NCBI GenBank assembly: GCA_965153355.1
Contig: OZ231126.1
Span: 38,316,001-38,380,000, forward strand
DNA length: 64,000 nt
Direction: 5' to 3'
DNA from: Flaccisagitta enflata
Taxonomy: Eukaryota
The notes beneath the pieces were generated by a model, which was given only the letters and a program-made list of their open reading frames with translations, was not told the DNA's origin and ran no database searches. Positions 34,644-47,401 of this stretch are shown one piece after another. Position 1 is the stretch's first letter. Each line of letters begins with the position of its first letter. Position numbers and translations under genes: made by a program.

Positions 34644-35644
34644 TGTCACGAAGCATGGTCTTGCACCAATTTTGTCTATTCTTACGGATTATTTGGTTTG
34701 TATTTAGGCCTTAGATTTTGATTTATTGATTGATATTTTGGTTATATTAAGATATTTTACTTAGATTTGACCATTTTATTTAGACTGGCTTTTATCGTTT
34801 GCATTTATTACAGGTTTGAATTATTCTGGTTTCATTTATTGACATTGCTTAGATTTATTGATTGATTTATTGCCTCGTTTATTCGTTTATTTCAGGCATT
34901 TATTGATTTGTCTGTCTGATTTGTCCTCATTTCGGTCCAAATTGTTCATGTTTGTCCGTATGATCTTTTCTTGCTTTGCATTTTGTTTCTGTCATGAATC
35001 TCCTGCGCCTTTTGTTATTTGGGCTATTTTAGACCAAATTCGTAGCGCCCTCATTTGACCATTATTTGCATTTTTTACTGGCTGACGCAATTCGGCTTCG
35101 AAGATTCCATGATATTTTATCGCGTTCTAGAACTTTTTGTTGCTTATATACCGCCATTTTGCCGGCAATATTCTCACGGACTCTAGAGAGACGCTTCGAA
35201 TTACTAAAAACTACGTTTCCGTATATTAAATAGACGATTTTTACCATTATTTGCATCGATACGAGCATTATTGGGACGCTTTTCGACTTCCCTTAGCGCC
35301 AAACAAAGGTGAGAGCTTGGTTTGGGTCCGTATTTTTTATTATTTTTCCTGTACTTAGCCTTATTTTTCCTGTTTCCGGCTTATTTTCCCCGTATTTAGC
35401 CTCATATTTTGTCATTATTCTGTCATTATTTGGTCAGTATTTTGTCACTTTTAGTAGTATTCATTATCTCCTTTATTTTCACTGTCTTGCAGCTTTAACT
35501 AACTTCGACTACCGTTCAAATAAAAGAAGATTTCGTTACGATCGCTCTGTATTTGTTTGGGGATCGAGGTTTAGTCACGAGCGGCGCAGCCGCATACAGG
35601 AGAGCTAGAGGCATTGGGCATTTAGTTTAGTACACCAGAATACA
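34644..35644 (+). repeat. 3' LTR (1001 bp)
   Basis: Copy of 8975-9975, preceded by the PPT and followed by TSD GATGA. Confidence 0.95.
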
Positions 35645-35676
35645 GATGACCTATACTTTCACACATATGGGGTATT

Positions 35677-35708
<32 letters not shown>

Positions 35709-35715
35709 CTCCTCC

Positions 35716-35747
<32 letters not shown>

Positions 35748-36149
35748 CTTCTTCTTCTTCTTCTTCTTCTCAAACCCCCCTCTCCCCCCAGCCTCGAGGC
35801 CCATATCTCAGCCTCAACGCCCATATCTCAGCCTGGAGGCCCAAATTTCAGTCTTGAGGCCTAAATCCAAATCTCAAGACCCAAATCCCAACCCCAGGGC
35901 TAAAATTCCAGCATAGGTCATTGACCCCTTCGGTTTCGCTGCCCTACTCCCCCCTCAACTTCAACCACAACCTACTTAAGCAGGGCTCGGATACCGCTGA
36001 CCATCTGACGCCTTCGCGACTATTTCCACTTTTCGACTCGTGCATTATGGACGGACGGATTGACAGACCAACGGACGGGCGGACGGACAAAGCCTCTTAC
36101 AGAGTTGCGTGTCTGCAATTGAACATAATATTGGGTGCTGGAAGACCGG

Positions 36150-36394
36150 AAGCGAATGATTCTGTGGGACATTCGACCATGTAACATTCGCTAAGTACCC
36201 TTTTAACATGAACTCTTGAAGTGCATGCACCATGCATTCATAAGTCACAAATGTTATTTCATAGTACGGACAAATAAAATTCTCACCATTATCAATGTAA
36301 AATTCGATTTTGTACGTTTCCGGGGCGATGTTACGTTGAATGTAGTCGTAGGCTGCATCTCGGTACATTCGTTTTAGATCGCCGCTTAATAAAT
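36150..36394 (-). CDS. Possible further exon of the host gene
   Basis: Acceptor cttaccag|AT, phase 1, opens into ORF 36045-36368. No recognisable motif and the donor was not located. Confidence 0.3.
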
Positions 36395-36610
36395 CTGGTA
36401 AGAGTGCGATGCGACAAAACCAGGGCCCATGGCATTGATTCGAAATTATGTACCTTCAAGGAAACTTTAAGTACCTTTAAGACTAGCGGCCACAGATTTA
36501 TTGTGGAGTGCGAATAGAACTGGAGTAATGAGGGAAGTCATAGTTCAAATAATACTTATCTCAAAATTATCTCATGGCTTCGAAACTTACTTGAAGGCAT
36601 CCATTTTCTA

Positions 36611-37189
36611 CAGTAGATGTCGTCTAGACTTGGAAATTCGGGGGAATTCATTACGGGAAGACAAATATACTTAAAAGACTGATATCTAGAATATAAACTA
36701 ATAAAAGGATGCTTTATTGTCCATGGGTGTTAGTTGCCATGGAAACACATTTCCATGTATTCATGCTAAAGTATCAATATTTGAGAAATTTTTTGAGGGA
36801 ACATTGTTTAAAATAAGATTTGCTATAACTTTCCCACAATATGTTTTGTAAGAATATCGCTTGTTTAGCCGTTGCTAGGGTGCGTAACTATGTGTGACAG
36901 CCCTGTGATGCTCCTTAGCAACCGCCAAACAAGCAATATTTTTACAAAACATATTGTGGGAAAGTTGTGACAAATTTTATTTCAAACAACGTTCCCTCAT
37001 AAAATTTTTGAAATATTGATACTTTAGCGGGAAAACATGGAAATGTGTTTCCATGGCAACCAACACCCGTCACTTGTGGGCAATAAAGCATCTTTTTATC
37101 AGTTTAAATTTCAAATAACAGTCTTTTAAGTGTATTTGTCTTCCTGTTATGAATTTCCCCCTATTTCCAAGTCTAGATGACATCTACTG
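36611..37189. mobile_element. Palindromic MITE, TA-flanked
   Basis: TA|cagtagatgtcgtctagacttggaaat ... atttccaagtctagatgacatctactg|TA, self-complementary along its whole length. Confidence 0.85.
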
Positions 37190-37226
37190 TATTTAGCATC
37201 AGAAAACTCAATTCCATGTTTGGCAC

Positions 37227-37355
37227 CTTTACGATTTTGCAGACGGTATCCAAACTCTTTATCCAAGTCAATCCGTTCGTGCCACGAAAACGGATCCCAA
37301 TCCATAGCAGAAACGACATCCCCATTATAATGGTACGGATCCATCGTCAATAAAC
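37227..37355 (-). CDS. Exon of SPAG17/PF6-like gene (3' boundary uncertain)
   Basis: (tc)n-cag|GT acceptor, phase 1, continuing in the frame of ORF 37147-37350. Confidence 0.55.
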
Positions 37356-37367
37356 CTGAGAGGGAGG

Positions 37368-37481
<114 letters not shown>

Positions 37482-37501
37482 ATTTGCAACACAACAGACG
37501 G

Positions 37502-37580
<79 letters not shown>

Positions 37581-37581
37581 C

Positions 37582-37884
37582 CTTCCACGTCGGTTCCTTC
37601 AGTCTTCACTTCCCGCGTGGATATTTTGGGATTCCTGGCTTCTTGGATGCTCAATTCGTCGACGACTCGCTCGAATTCCGCCTTGAAGACGGCTTCGAAC
37701 GCGTCTTCATCCTTGACGAAGAACAGCTTCGGGTCGTGGCCGTAGAGAAGCATCTTCCCGAGTGGATCGTCGACTCCGTCGCACGGCTGCGAACGCCAAG
37801 AACCGGAAGTCAAAGACTCGGTCCACCCCAAAGTCGATTCGCGTTCTTCTTGACTCGGTTGCTGCTTTAACGACATCTTCGAGT
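37582..37884 (-). CDS. Exon of SPAG17/PF6-like gene
   Basis: HDPKLFFVKDEDAFE resembles the SPAG17 HxPRFFV motif. Donor GAAG|gttgtt, phase 1. Confidence 0.65.
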
Positions 37885-38666
37885 CTTGTAGTAAACAACG
37901 CCACGGCAGACAATGTCTGTGATTGTGTAAAGAAATTCAAAATCTAGTCCTAAAGCGAATCGGTCGCGTTCTCGACATATCGTGGAGGGGATGAAGGACG
38001 ATTTTGTCATCTCACTTGTGCAGGTCGTGCTCGAGCAGCTCGCGCATTTTTTCCGCCTGGACTCTATTGAGATTTCCGTCCAAAACGCACATGACGCAGC
38101 CTGAAAATTTGTTGGTACAGATGACAACTTCACACAGCAGCTTAAACAGGACAACTAGTGACGGTAGTGACGCGGGGTCACAATATCGTTTCGGACGGGT
38201 GGACAGGGTTGTTCAACCCCCATCAACACCCCAACCCCTCACACACACTCAATTATACACAAAAAGTTTTCAAAAACGCTCGTTCTCCCACTTTTCGACT
38301 CATGCTGACAGATCAACGGACAGATGGACATTGGACAAAGGACGGACATATGGATGGACCAACGGATGGACGGACGGAAAGCCTCTTTTATAGAGTTGCG
38401 TGTCCGCAACAAAAAACAACAACGACAACAACAACAACACCACAATAACAACAACAACAAAATGATATCCACCACCACCACCACCACCACCACCACCACC
38501 ACCACCACCACCACCACCACCACCACCACCACCACCATAAAACAACAACAACAATTACAACGACAACAACAACAACGACAGCAACAACAACAACAACGAC
38601 AACAAAAACAACCAATGTCATTGGCAATGAGTGAATGACATAGGAATAATCAGAAATTATCTAAAC

Positions 38667-38817
38667 TTTTGATCATGGTGGGTTTTCCCTTTGCCAGTTT
38701 GACATTTCCATCTGGGAAAACTGTGAAGGAGTTTCCTTGTGAGTCGACGTGTTGAAACAACTTCGGGCTGGAACCGTCGAAAAAGAATCGCCGATCCAAG
38801 GCCGGGTCAACACCAAT
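38667..38817 (-). CDS. Exon of SPAG17/PF6-like gene (3' boundary uncertain)
   Basis: catag|ATT encoding ...LFQHVDSQGNSFTVFPDGNV, resembling the SPAG17 DxxGNxFxVxxDG motif as recalled. Confidence 0.65.
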
Positions 38818-38826
38818 CTATGGATA

Positions 38827-38890
<64 letters not shown>

Positions 38891-39189
38891 TTGTTGTAAA
38901 TTTTGTCGTTATTAGTATTTGTTGTTGTTGTCAGCGGCGTATCTGAGCCAAGATTTTAGCAGCTGCCGCCTCCAATCTATGTCCGACAAAGCTCCTGTCC
39001 GACCTATATTACTAAAATTATTAGTATATATAACTATGTATTTTTATTCAAAACTATACATAAATATTTATTACTATATAAATATAACTGAACATGACCA
39101 TATATAAATTGTTACAGCAGTGTGTATTGTGTAACTACTTAGTACAACATTTGTCTAAATAACTCTCTCTCTCTCTTCTCTCTTCTGCT

Positions 39190-39236
<47 letters not shown>

Positions 39237-39330
39237 TTTCCTTTGTCTGTCTGTCCGACATCGATCCTGTCCGACATGGTACAGCTGCCGCGGCAGCTGC
39301 GGAAGCCCCTTCAAATACGCCGCTGGTTGC

Positions 39331-39390
<60 letters not shown>

Positions 39391-39410
39391 AGTTGTCGTT
39401 GTTGCTGTTT

Positions 39411-39487
<77 letters not shown>

Positions 39488-39567
39488 CTCGTTGTTGTTA
39501 TCAATTTTTCACTGATCTTATTGCATTTGACAATTCCTCCATTGTTTTGTATTGCAACTTGCTATAC

Positions 39568-39803
39568 CTGGGCCACTGGAACAAAGAATCCCGTGGCGCC
39601 AACGAAACTAAACGTGGCGCCACTAGCGTGATTCACGTCGACGATTGGATCCGTGCCTTGATTTCCGAGAATGACTTGATTCTTGGTCACAAAGGGCGTC
39701 TTGCCGTCGACGAGACGTTCCACCGTAATTTGTTGGTCGACGCGACGCCAATCAAAGGGCTTCTGAAGGATCCGGACATCGGCGTAACCCGGACATTGAA
39801 TCA
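39568..39803 (-). CDS. Exon of SPAG17/PF6-like gene
   Basis: tttccatcag|TG (phase 1) encoding VIQCPGYADVRI..., donor CAG|gtatag. Confidence 0.7.
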
Positions 39804-40088
39804 CTGATGGAAACATGAAAATCCGATTTGCACTGTAAGTCACAGTTTGTACCAACTCGATATCTCAGTCTGTCCACGTCAATATACAACTACAACCCGT
39901 TGCAGGGAATTCAAGAATGACGAATAGCCACAGATACTATACCATTCAAGATATGGTCCTCAAAGGTTCTTTCTGTTTTTCTTCTTCCTCTATTTGAAAT
40001 CACATAAATTCACCTGTAATTTCAACTTTATTGCATTCCATAAGATTTTAGACATGTTCCGAATTTTCCAAGCGTTAAAATTACTCAC

Positions 40089-40158
40089 CAACTTCCACTG
40101 AACCTTCTTCCATATTTTCCGTCTTCGTTATGGTGGTGTCAAAGAAATGAGAAATGAT
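40089..40158 (-). CDS. Small exon of SPAG17/PF6-like gene
   Basis: ccag|ATC...GTTG|gtgag, encoding IISHFFDTTITKTENMEEGSVEV. Phases match both neighbours. Confidence 0.65.
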
Positions 40159-40291
40159 CTGGCAGATTAAAAAAAAATCCAAATTTAGCTTTCTCATCTT
40201 TTGGCTCACTACACAACATGAAAATTGGATCATTCAGAGCCAAGAATTCAAAAGCAATCCAAGAGCTTGACTCTTAACATATAACACTCAC

Positions 40292-40876
40292 CGTTTGCTT
40301 TTCCTTCCTCAAAATTCGCAATCCGTCGATTCTTTCTTCCAGACAAACGGTCGTAAATTCGTCGGGATGTAATTCCCTCTGAAAGCTCAGCAAATCCGTC
40401 AAATCAGCTTTGACACCGCGGAAACTGGCTTCGCGTCGACCGTCAGCGTGCACTCGAACCCAACACCACGTCAACGCCGAAGCTAACGCCGCGGCGGCGG
40501 CTTTGGCGGCAGACTCGGCCGCTTGCGCAGCGGCGGCGGCGGCGGCGGCCGCGACGGCACCGTCGTTGGTGGCGGTTGAGTTTGTCATCTTGCTGGCCGT
40601 TCTGCCGATTTTGGTCGAGCCCACGCTGGTTCTATTGTTTTTTCTTGAATGATTGCTGACGCTTTTTTTGGCGTTTTTATTAGTTTGTGACGCGGCTCTA
40701 AATGTCAACATACTCGGTAATAGTTCTCCGTCGGCGTCAAGGAGGAAATTTGGAGCGGAAAATCGGTTCGGGTCGACGAGGTACGGGTCGGGAGTTTCCG
40801 CGGGATCGTCCCTTTCACGACCGGATATGGAGATAAGGTCGGGAATCGATTTGTCCAGTTCCTCTCTGTGCTTAAC
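40292..40876 (-). CDS. Exon of SPAG17/PF6-like gene
   Basis: Acceptor ttcaaag|GTT, donor ACG|gtgag, both phase 0. Encodes WVRVHADGRRE...EERIDGLRIL. Confidence 0.7.
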
Positions 40877-41651
40877 CTTTGAAAATATGTAACACAATCA
40901 ATCTTTCGTCATTGATATTTGACTTTTACATTGCCGCCGTGTTGAATTTTTAAGTTAAGGCAATTAGAACCGACTTTCTTGGGTTTTTATGGACATAACG
41001 AAGTCCAGAACCAAACACTCTTTTATCATCCAATGTAAGACTTTACAAAACCTATTCATCATTCAGGGAACTTTTTAGCTAGCATTCAAGGTAGACATTC
41101 ATACTATTTTTCGATGAGTACTTGCATCTCTATAAGAGGTCGTGTCCGTTGGTCTGTCGGTCTGTCGGTTGGTGACGCAAACCATTAGCTCGCAAAATCC
41201 AAGGCCCTTTCACCCAAAAAGCAACAAATACATATTCCTTTACTCATTCTTTCACTTAATCATTCATTCATTCATTCATTTATTCATTCATTCATTCATT
41301 CGTTCATAAACAACATTCATTACCAAAAAACGCTCATTGATAGAGGACGCATCGTTAGCCTTCTTGGCCTTGTTGCGTCCTCGCACATCTATAAGCGTTC
41401 ATGTCCGTCGGTTGGTTGGTCTGTCTTTCACGCAAACCCTTAAACCACGCAAATCGGCTTGTCCTTTCCAAACCCATCCATTCGTTAATTCATTCATTCT
41501 TTCATTCGTTCGTCATTTATTCACTCATTCATTCATTCACATGTTTCTTTTTTTGTTCGGGCTTGCTTTTTTTCTTTACTTACTTTCTTTTTTTTTCTAA
41601 CAAGTAGAGATGTAGAAACGATTGACCGCTTCCAATTTAGATAATGGGATA

Positions 41652-42269
41652 CAGCACCTTCCGAGTAAACCCGGCTAGAACTGGAGGATTAACTTTTGTT
41701 ACTTTAATTTCATTTTCCATACTTCATTTTTTGTATTTAACTTAATCAAAAGATGCTTAATTCCTTGAACATATTTTGCTGTCAAAAAAAAATAATCTGT
41801 GAAATCAAAGTGCATGAAGACATCAATATGGAGTGATCTAACCCAGACCATTAGATTCAGCAGAAAATTTTACCTATCCTAGACTACAAAAACAGCTAAA
41901 TCAGATAATTATTTTAGGTTCTATAGCCATTTAAAGTTTTTAAGGACAATTGTCCTAAATTATTTTGAGACAATTGTCCTTAAAAACCTAAAATAGCTGT
42001 AAAACCTGAAATAATTGTCTGATTGAGCTGTTCTTGTGCTCTAGGATAGGTAAAATTTTCTGCTGAATTCAATGGTCTAGGTTAGAACACTCCATATTGA
42101 TGTCTTCATGCACTTTGATTTCAAGAGTTATTTTTTTGACAGCCAATTATGTTCAAGGAATTAAATATTTTTTAATTGAGTTAGATACAAAAAATGAAGT
42201 TTGGGAAATGAAAATAAAGTAACAAAAATCAATCCTCCAGTTTTTGTCGGGTTTGCTCGGAAGGTACTG
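41652..42269. mobile_element. Palindromic Tc1/mariner-type MITE
   Basis: TA|cagcaccttccgagtaaacccg ... cgggtttgctcggaaggtactg|TA, with arms pairing to the centre near 41960. Confidence 0.85.
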
Positions 42270-42364
42270 TAGCTACCAGTATTTGAACTGTAAAATGGAA
42301 GCGGAAGCTGTGGAAGCGGTATTAAAATTGACGGCTTCCACATCCCTGCTAGCAAGTCACAAAC

Positions 42365-43134
42365 CTGAACCCAACACCAAGCGCTTCCATCCGGTTCCAA
42401 GATAACGATAGCTTCATTATGAAAGGCGATAACGGTGGTGCCGTCGGCGTAAATCGTCCTGTTTCTTTCTCCAACTTCCGAGGATGAAGGAGAATCGAGT
42501 GAACCGGTACCGGTAGAAGCCGTATTGCCGCCCGTGACGATTCGTCTTTGTTCCACGGTCCAAACGGGCTTTTCACCGTTAAAACTATCCAAAATACTCG
42601 AAGTCGATTTATCGAGACTTCCATCCATCGATCCTTCCTTCTTCCTGTCGCGGAACGACGAAGATCCGGAAGACGATGTCGACGCGGAAAACCCATAATT
42701 TTCCGACGAATCGTTGGAAAACAACGAATCTTCGCCGTGATCTTCGCCTCCCGCGCCATTTTCCATCTCCTTCGAAGCCAAACGACGTCGTTTCTTCTCT
42801 TCCTCTTCCTCCTTGATCCTCTGTTTTTCCGCCGCTCTGATTTGGCGTCTCAATTCCTGCTGCGCCACGTCCAACTCGTCGCTGACGCTGACGCACGCGC
42901 GCGCGTCGGAAACGTCGACGTGACGCGCGCGAGTCGATACTTGAAGATCGTCGCCGAAGGAAAACCAGACCGCGTTGCAGAGTTTGTCGTCTTTGGCTGT
43001 GCACGCAAGACGAAAACTTTTGGTAGCTATAACCGCTGTTGCAACATGTTGGTTGGCGTTTACTGGGGTGTTATGCAATTCTGTCCCGACACAAATGCGC
43101 ATTGCTTGCCTTTTCGGTACAATTGTACGATCAT
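42365..43134 (-). CDS. Exon of SPAG17/PF6-like gene
   Basis: Acceptor cacag|AT, donor CAG|gtttgt. RTIYADGTTVIAFHNEAIVILEPDGS resembles the SPAG17 beta-hairpin DG repeats. Confidence 0.7.
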
Positions 43135-43149
43135 CTGTGATCTTTTGTT

Positions 43150-43370
43150 TTTAAGATTTTTTAAGCGGTTTCTTAAATCAGGGTTAGGGGTGGGTTTAGG
43201 GTTAGGGTTAGGGTTGGAGATAGTTTTAGAATTAGGGTTAGGGACAGGGTTAGCTTTAGGGCTAAGGGTTGGCTGGGTTTTATGTACGGCCCGACGCTAT
43301 TTAAATTAAATTCGCTCTGGCGGAGGATTCGGAAAGTAAAACAAAATCGTGCAGAGAATCATTCATTTTT
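43150..43370 (+). repeat. Dispersed repeat with degenerate (TTAGGG)n
   Basis: Homologous to ~46090-46272 (shared ggcggaggatt...aaaacaaaat.gtgcaga flank). An inverted tract lies at ~4030-4097. Confidence 0.7.
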
Positions 43371-43428
43371 TCCGCTTTTTCCCCTTGTATTCTTTTTAAG
43401 TTTTCTCTTTCTAAGATATTTGATTTAC

Positions 43429-43649
43429 CTTGAAGCTCAGTCAGGTCCCTTGACGTCACAACGAATGCGTCTGGAAAGGTCATTGTCAAACTCGCATTGA
43501 TCAATTGAACGGTGCAACCCACAGACTCGTCATCCGATGCTTCTTCTTTGTTAGTCGATCCCAACGATCCGTCGCTACGGTTCAAGTTTCCTTTGGCGTA
43601 ACGCAAAACGGAAATAGTGGTTACTGATGAATGTTTCAAGTTGTACAGG
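43429..43649 (-). CDS. Exon of SPAG17/PF6-like gene (5' boundary uncertain)
   Basis: Open frame ...TVQLINASLTMTFPDAFVVTSRDLTELQ. Donor CAAG|gtaaat, phase 1, joins in frame to the 43134 acceptor. Confidence 0.55.
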
Positions 43650-44320
43650 CTTATAGATAGATACAGGTTGGGTCAGAAGAAGTAAAATCACACGGTGGAC
43701 GGTCTGAAACTTTTCAGGGGTGTATATAGTCGCTTTTGACTCCTCCCCCCCCCCTGCCTTTGATTTTCTTCCACGCGATGCGATGCATTGTGTTTTAAAA
43801 TTTATGATTTTCTTCCCCATAAAGCTATAAAACATTTAAGATTTAGATAGTGTTAAATTGTGTTTTGCTAACTAATTTTTATGATTTGGTACCGTCAAAA
43901 GTTATTTTTTCCCCAAATTTTTTTTCTCTCTTTTTTCCCTCTTTGATTTCCTTCCCCATCTCCAGACCCTTTGATTCCCCCCCCCCCTCAATCATATACA
44001 GGCCTGAAACTTTTAATAATGTCGCATTATCATTTTTACAGAAACCTCTCCAACAGCACAAACCGTTGTCATTCATCATAATAATGCGACCAACAAACGA
44101 CAAGGCCGGACACACGGCTACCCCAGTCGCGTGCGGGTGGGCAGCGGCTGTATTTGAGGGCACTTGGTCATTTGGATAGGAGCAGTGAGGCCGAAGATCG
44201 CAAAAAAAAAAAACGAAAAAAAGTAAAGTGTGACGGACGGACCGACAGATGGACCGACAGAGCGGGTTGTAGCACGCGACTAAAAATCTTAAAAATATTA
44301 TGGGTCCGCAACTGGAGTCT

Positions 44321-44600
44321 AACGGCGTTGTCAAACGGCGTTGTCAAACCGTGCTGTCAAACAGCGTTGTCAAACGGCGCTGTCAAACGGCGTTGTCAAA
44401 CGGAGTTGTCCAACGGCGTTGTCCAACGGCGTTGTCCAACGGCATTGTCCAAAGGCGTTGTCAAACGGCGTTGTCAAACGGCGTTGTCAAACGGCGTTGT
44501 CAAACGGCGTTGTCAAACGGCGTTGTTAAATAGTGTTGTCAATCAGCGTAGTCAAACAGCGTAGTCAAACGGCATTGTCAAACGGCGTCAAACAGCATTA
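44321..44600 (+). repeat. 13-bp tandem array (aacggcgttgtca)n
   Basis: About 20 directly visible units. Confidence 0.9.
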
Positions 44601-45541
44601 GTCAGAGCAGAGTAGTCAAGAACTTAAAAAAATTAATGTGCTCAAAACTAGTCGTAGAGACTTCTGGTTGGCGCCATTTGAAAAGAAAAATAAGCTCTTT
44701 TCTTAGCCATTGAATATCAAATGTATCATCCCCAAGCAGAGGAAATGGCTCAACTTCCTAAAGTTCCTCAAATCGAAAAATGGAAAAGCCCGATTTCTCC
44801 CTATGTTTAAAAAAGTCCCAGTGCGTAATTCTGACTTTACTTAACTATTGTCCATCAAAAGCAGTGGAATAACAGCGTGATTATAAGTAAATAATGGTTT
44901 ACAAATTGCCTCCCAGTGATGAAATTGGATAATTCAGTTCAGAAAAAGGTTATCTGACATACAAATACTATTATGGTCAGCGGTACCGATGCCCTGCTTG
45001 AGAGTGATTAGCTGAAGAAGTGAGTGAGAGCAGGGCAGCGGCACTAAAGACCATGTCCTGGAATAACCAGTGAAGTTCATCGTCTGAGATGGCATAATGG
45101 GAGTGATACCTGTATTATTCATTGGTAATTTTTTTCAATTTTCTGTCGGTTACCGTATTATTCAATGAGCATTTGAAGTCTGAGAGAGAAGTGGATTTAG
45201 GGCCCAGAGGCTGGTTTGAGCCCAAGGAGGCTGGTTTGTTTAAGGGCTGGTTGTGAGCTGAGGCTGGTTTGAGGCCTGAGAAGCTGGATTTGAGGCTGTT
45301 GACTTGATTTAAAACCTGAGAAGGAGCCAATTTAAAACCTGAGGAAGGAGGCCAGATTAGAAAGGCCTGAGAGAGTGGTGCGAGGCCTGAGGCTTGAGAA
45401 GCTTCGGAGGGGGGGATAAATGCGATGCGTCGTGTGTCAGATGGACGTAGCGGTTCACCCCTGTATCTACAGGACATCGGCCCTTTGGGGCCGCTGCCCA
45501 AAAAGGTTATATTGTGGTACGGGGACCTCTGCCTCGGGCTA

Positions 45542-47401
45542 CACGCCGTATTTTTTATAAGAACACAGTTTTTTGAAGTGAGGCTCGGCGTTCTTATTTC
45601 TAAGTTAATTTCAGGCTGAAATGTTCTTAACCCGTTCTTATCATTTAACTTTGAAGATTCTGTATCTTTACTAATAGCTCATTCATTGGAATAATTGTAT
45701 TTTATTCTGGATTCATTTAGATATTATCATTTGTAAGTTGTAAATGTATGAATGATACACTTTTTTTTTTATAAGCACCTCGTTTATAAGTACACCCAGC
45801 CTCAGATATTGGAAAAATTTAAGCACATTGCTAAGCACGCTCCAGGCTGAGATTTCCGATTTGAAAAAAAATTTCGGTGAAAATAAAAAATATAAGAATA
45901 TTTTGACATTTTTAGTTCAAATTTCACAAGAACCAAACAAAAACTTTGATAGAATTTGATTTATAACTCTAATATCAATCAGTCAGTATATTCAGGATTT
46001 TAATACTGATAGAAATAATTGCATTTCATGTAATATTTAAGAATGATATTGCATAAATATTAATGTTGGTATTAATGAATAATTGTCTGCGGCCTTTTGT
46101 TTTCAAGAGTTTTTAATTTAGGGTTAGGGGTGGATTTAGGGTTAGGGTTAGGGTTAGCATTAAGGCTAATTTTTGGCCAGGTTTTATGTATTATGGCCTG
46201 ATGCTTCTCGAATTAAAGCTTGGCTTTGGCGGAGGATTTGGGGAAAAAACAAAATTGTGCAGAAAACCATTTGATATGTCCCTATGTTACTAAAAATTTA
46301 TTACTGTGACATAATATTAAGGACTACCAAAACAGAATAATAGAATTATCATGATATTAAATAACATGAAAAATCTGAAAAAAAGAGTTTATATTAAATC
46401 AAGATACTAATCTCATGCCATAATTTATATAAAAGTAGGACAACATCAGTTAAAGATACTGTATATTTTTTATTCAAATTAGAATTATTACTTTATTATT
46501 TTATTCTATTCTTCATTCTATACTAAACGATACTTTATGCTATACTATTTTCTATACCCTACTGTGTACTTTGTTCTATACTCAATAAGATACTTATTTA
46601 TCGATAAATGATAAGCACGTATTTAAGCACATTTTAGCCTCAAAAATAAGATTTTGCTAAGCACGCTCAGCCTCAGCCGAAAAAGATGCGTGCTTATACA
46701 TTAGATCTCGTCTAGACTTGAGATAACAGGGGCAAGTATTGTAGGAAAACAAATAAAGCCAGGGATAAAGTGATATGCATAGTTTGACATGGAAACATAT
46801 TCATATTTCAGATCAATATTTTGAGATAAGCTTAAAGATGTTAGCAACTTTCACAGTATTCTGTACAATAACTGCTTAGCGGTTGCTAGGTTGTCACACA
46901 TGATACGCTCCTAGCAACAGCCAAACCAGCGACATTCTTACAGAACATACTGTGGGAAAGTTGTAGCAAATTTTATTTTAAGCAATGTTCCCTAAAAAAA
47001 TCTCTCAAAATATTGATACTTTAGCGAGAATACATGGAAATGTGTTTCCATGGCAACCAGCTATCATGGGGAATTAATCATCCTTTGATTAGTCTATAAT
47101 CCAAATATCGCTCCCCTGCCTTCATTTGTTTTTCTACAATGCTTGCCCCCGTTATCTCAAGTCTAGACGAGATCTACTTATAAAAAAAAAAGTGTATGGG
47201 TAACAAGTCAAAACATTTGGGTTGAAGGGTTCTGTGCATTGCTTTTTGGATTGATTTCCTTTAGAACCACCTCCAAATTTAGTTGAGAATATCTTTATAC
47301 CGAAATCTGAGCCTGGGCATGTTCTTAAGGTGTTCTTATTATTTTGCCAAATCCGAGGCTGATGTTCTTATAAACAGTGTTCTTAGACAAAATACAGCGT
47401 G
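45542..47401. mobile_element. Three nested MITEs (45542-47401 > 45758-47194 > 46702-47176)
   Basis: Outer: TA|cacgccgtattttttataagaacac...gtgttcttagacaaaatacagcgtg|TA. Middle: TA|cac(t)nataagcac...cttata(a)ngtg|TA. Inner: tagatctcgtctagacttgag...ctcaagtctagacgagatcta with cttata duplicated. Confidence 0.8.

Larger units (their letters stand above)
8975..35644 (+). mobile_element. 26.7-kb composite non-autonomous LTR retroelement (BEL/Pao-related)
   Basis: Direct terminal repeats 8975-9975 and 34644-35644, both TGTCAC...ATACA. TSD GATGA at 8970-8974 and 35645-35649. Purine tract before the 3' LTR. Removing the element rejoins the interrupted repeat end gggatcGATGAcctatactttcacacatatgg. No RT, RNase H or protease motifs seen inside. 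Confidence 0.93.

Noticed and set aside
8975-35644. Whole structure as a simple assembly fold-back artifact
   Set aside because: The inverted copies differ by many substitutions, indels and repeat-unit types, and the TSD and empty-site reconstruction are exact. Read-level confirmation is still needed.
8975-35644. Autonomous retrotransposon or DIRS element
   Set aside because: No YxDD RT, protease, RNase H or tyrosine recombinase motifs. Termini are direct LTRs with a 5-bp TSD.
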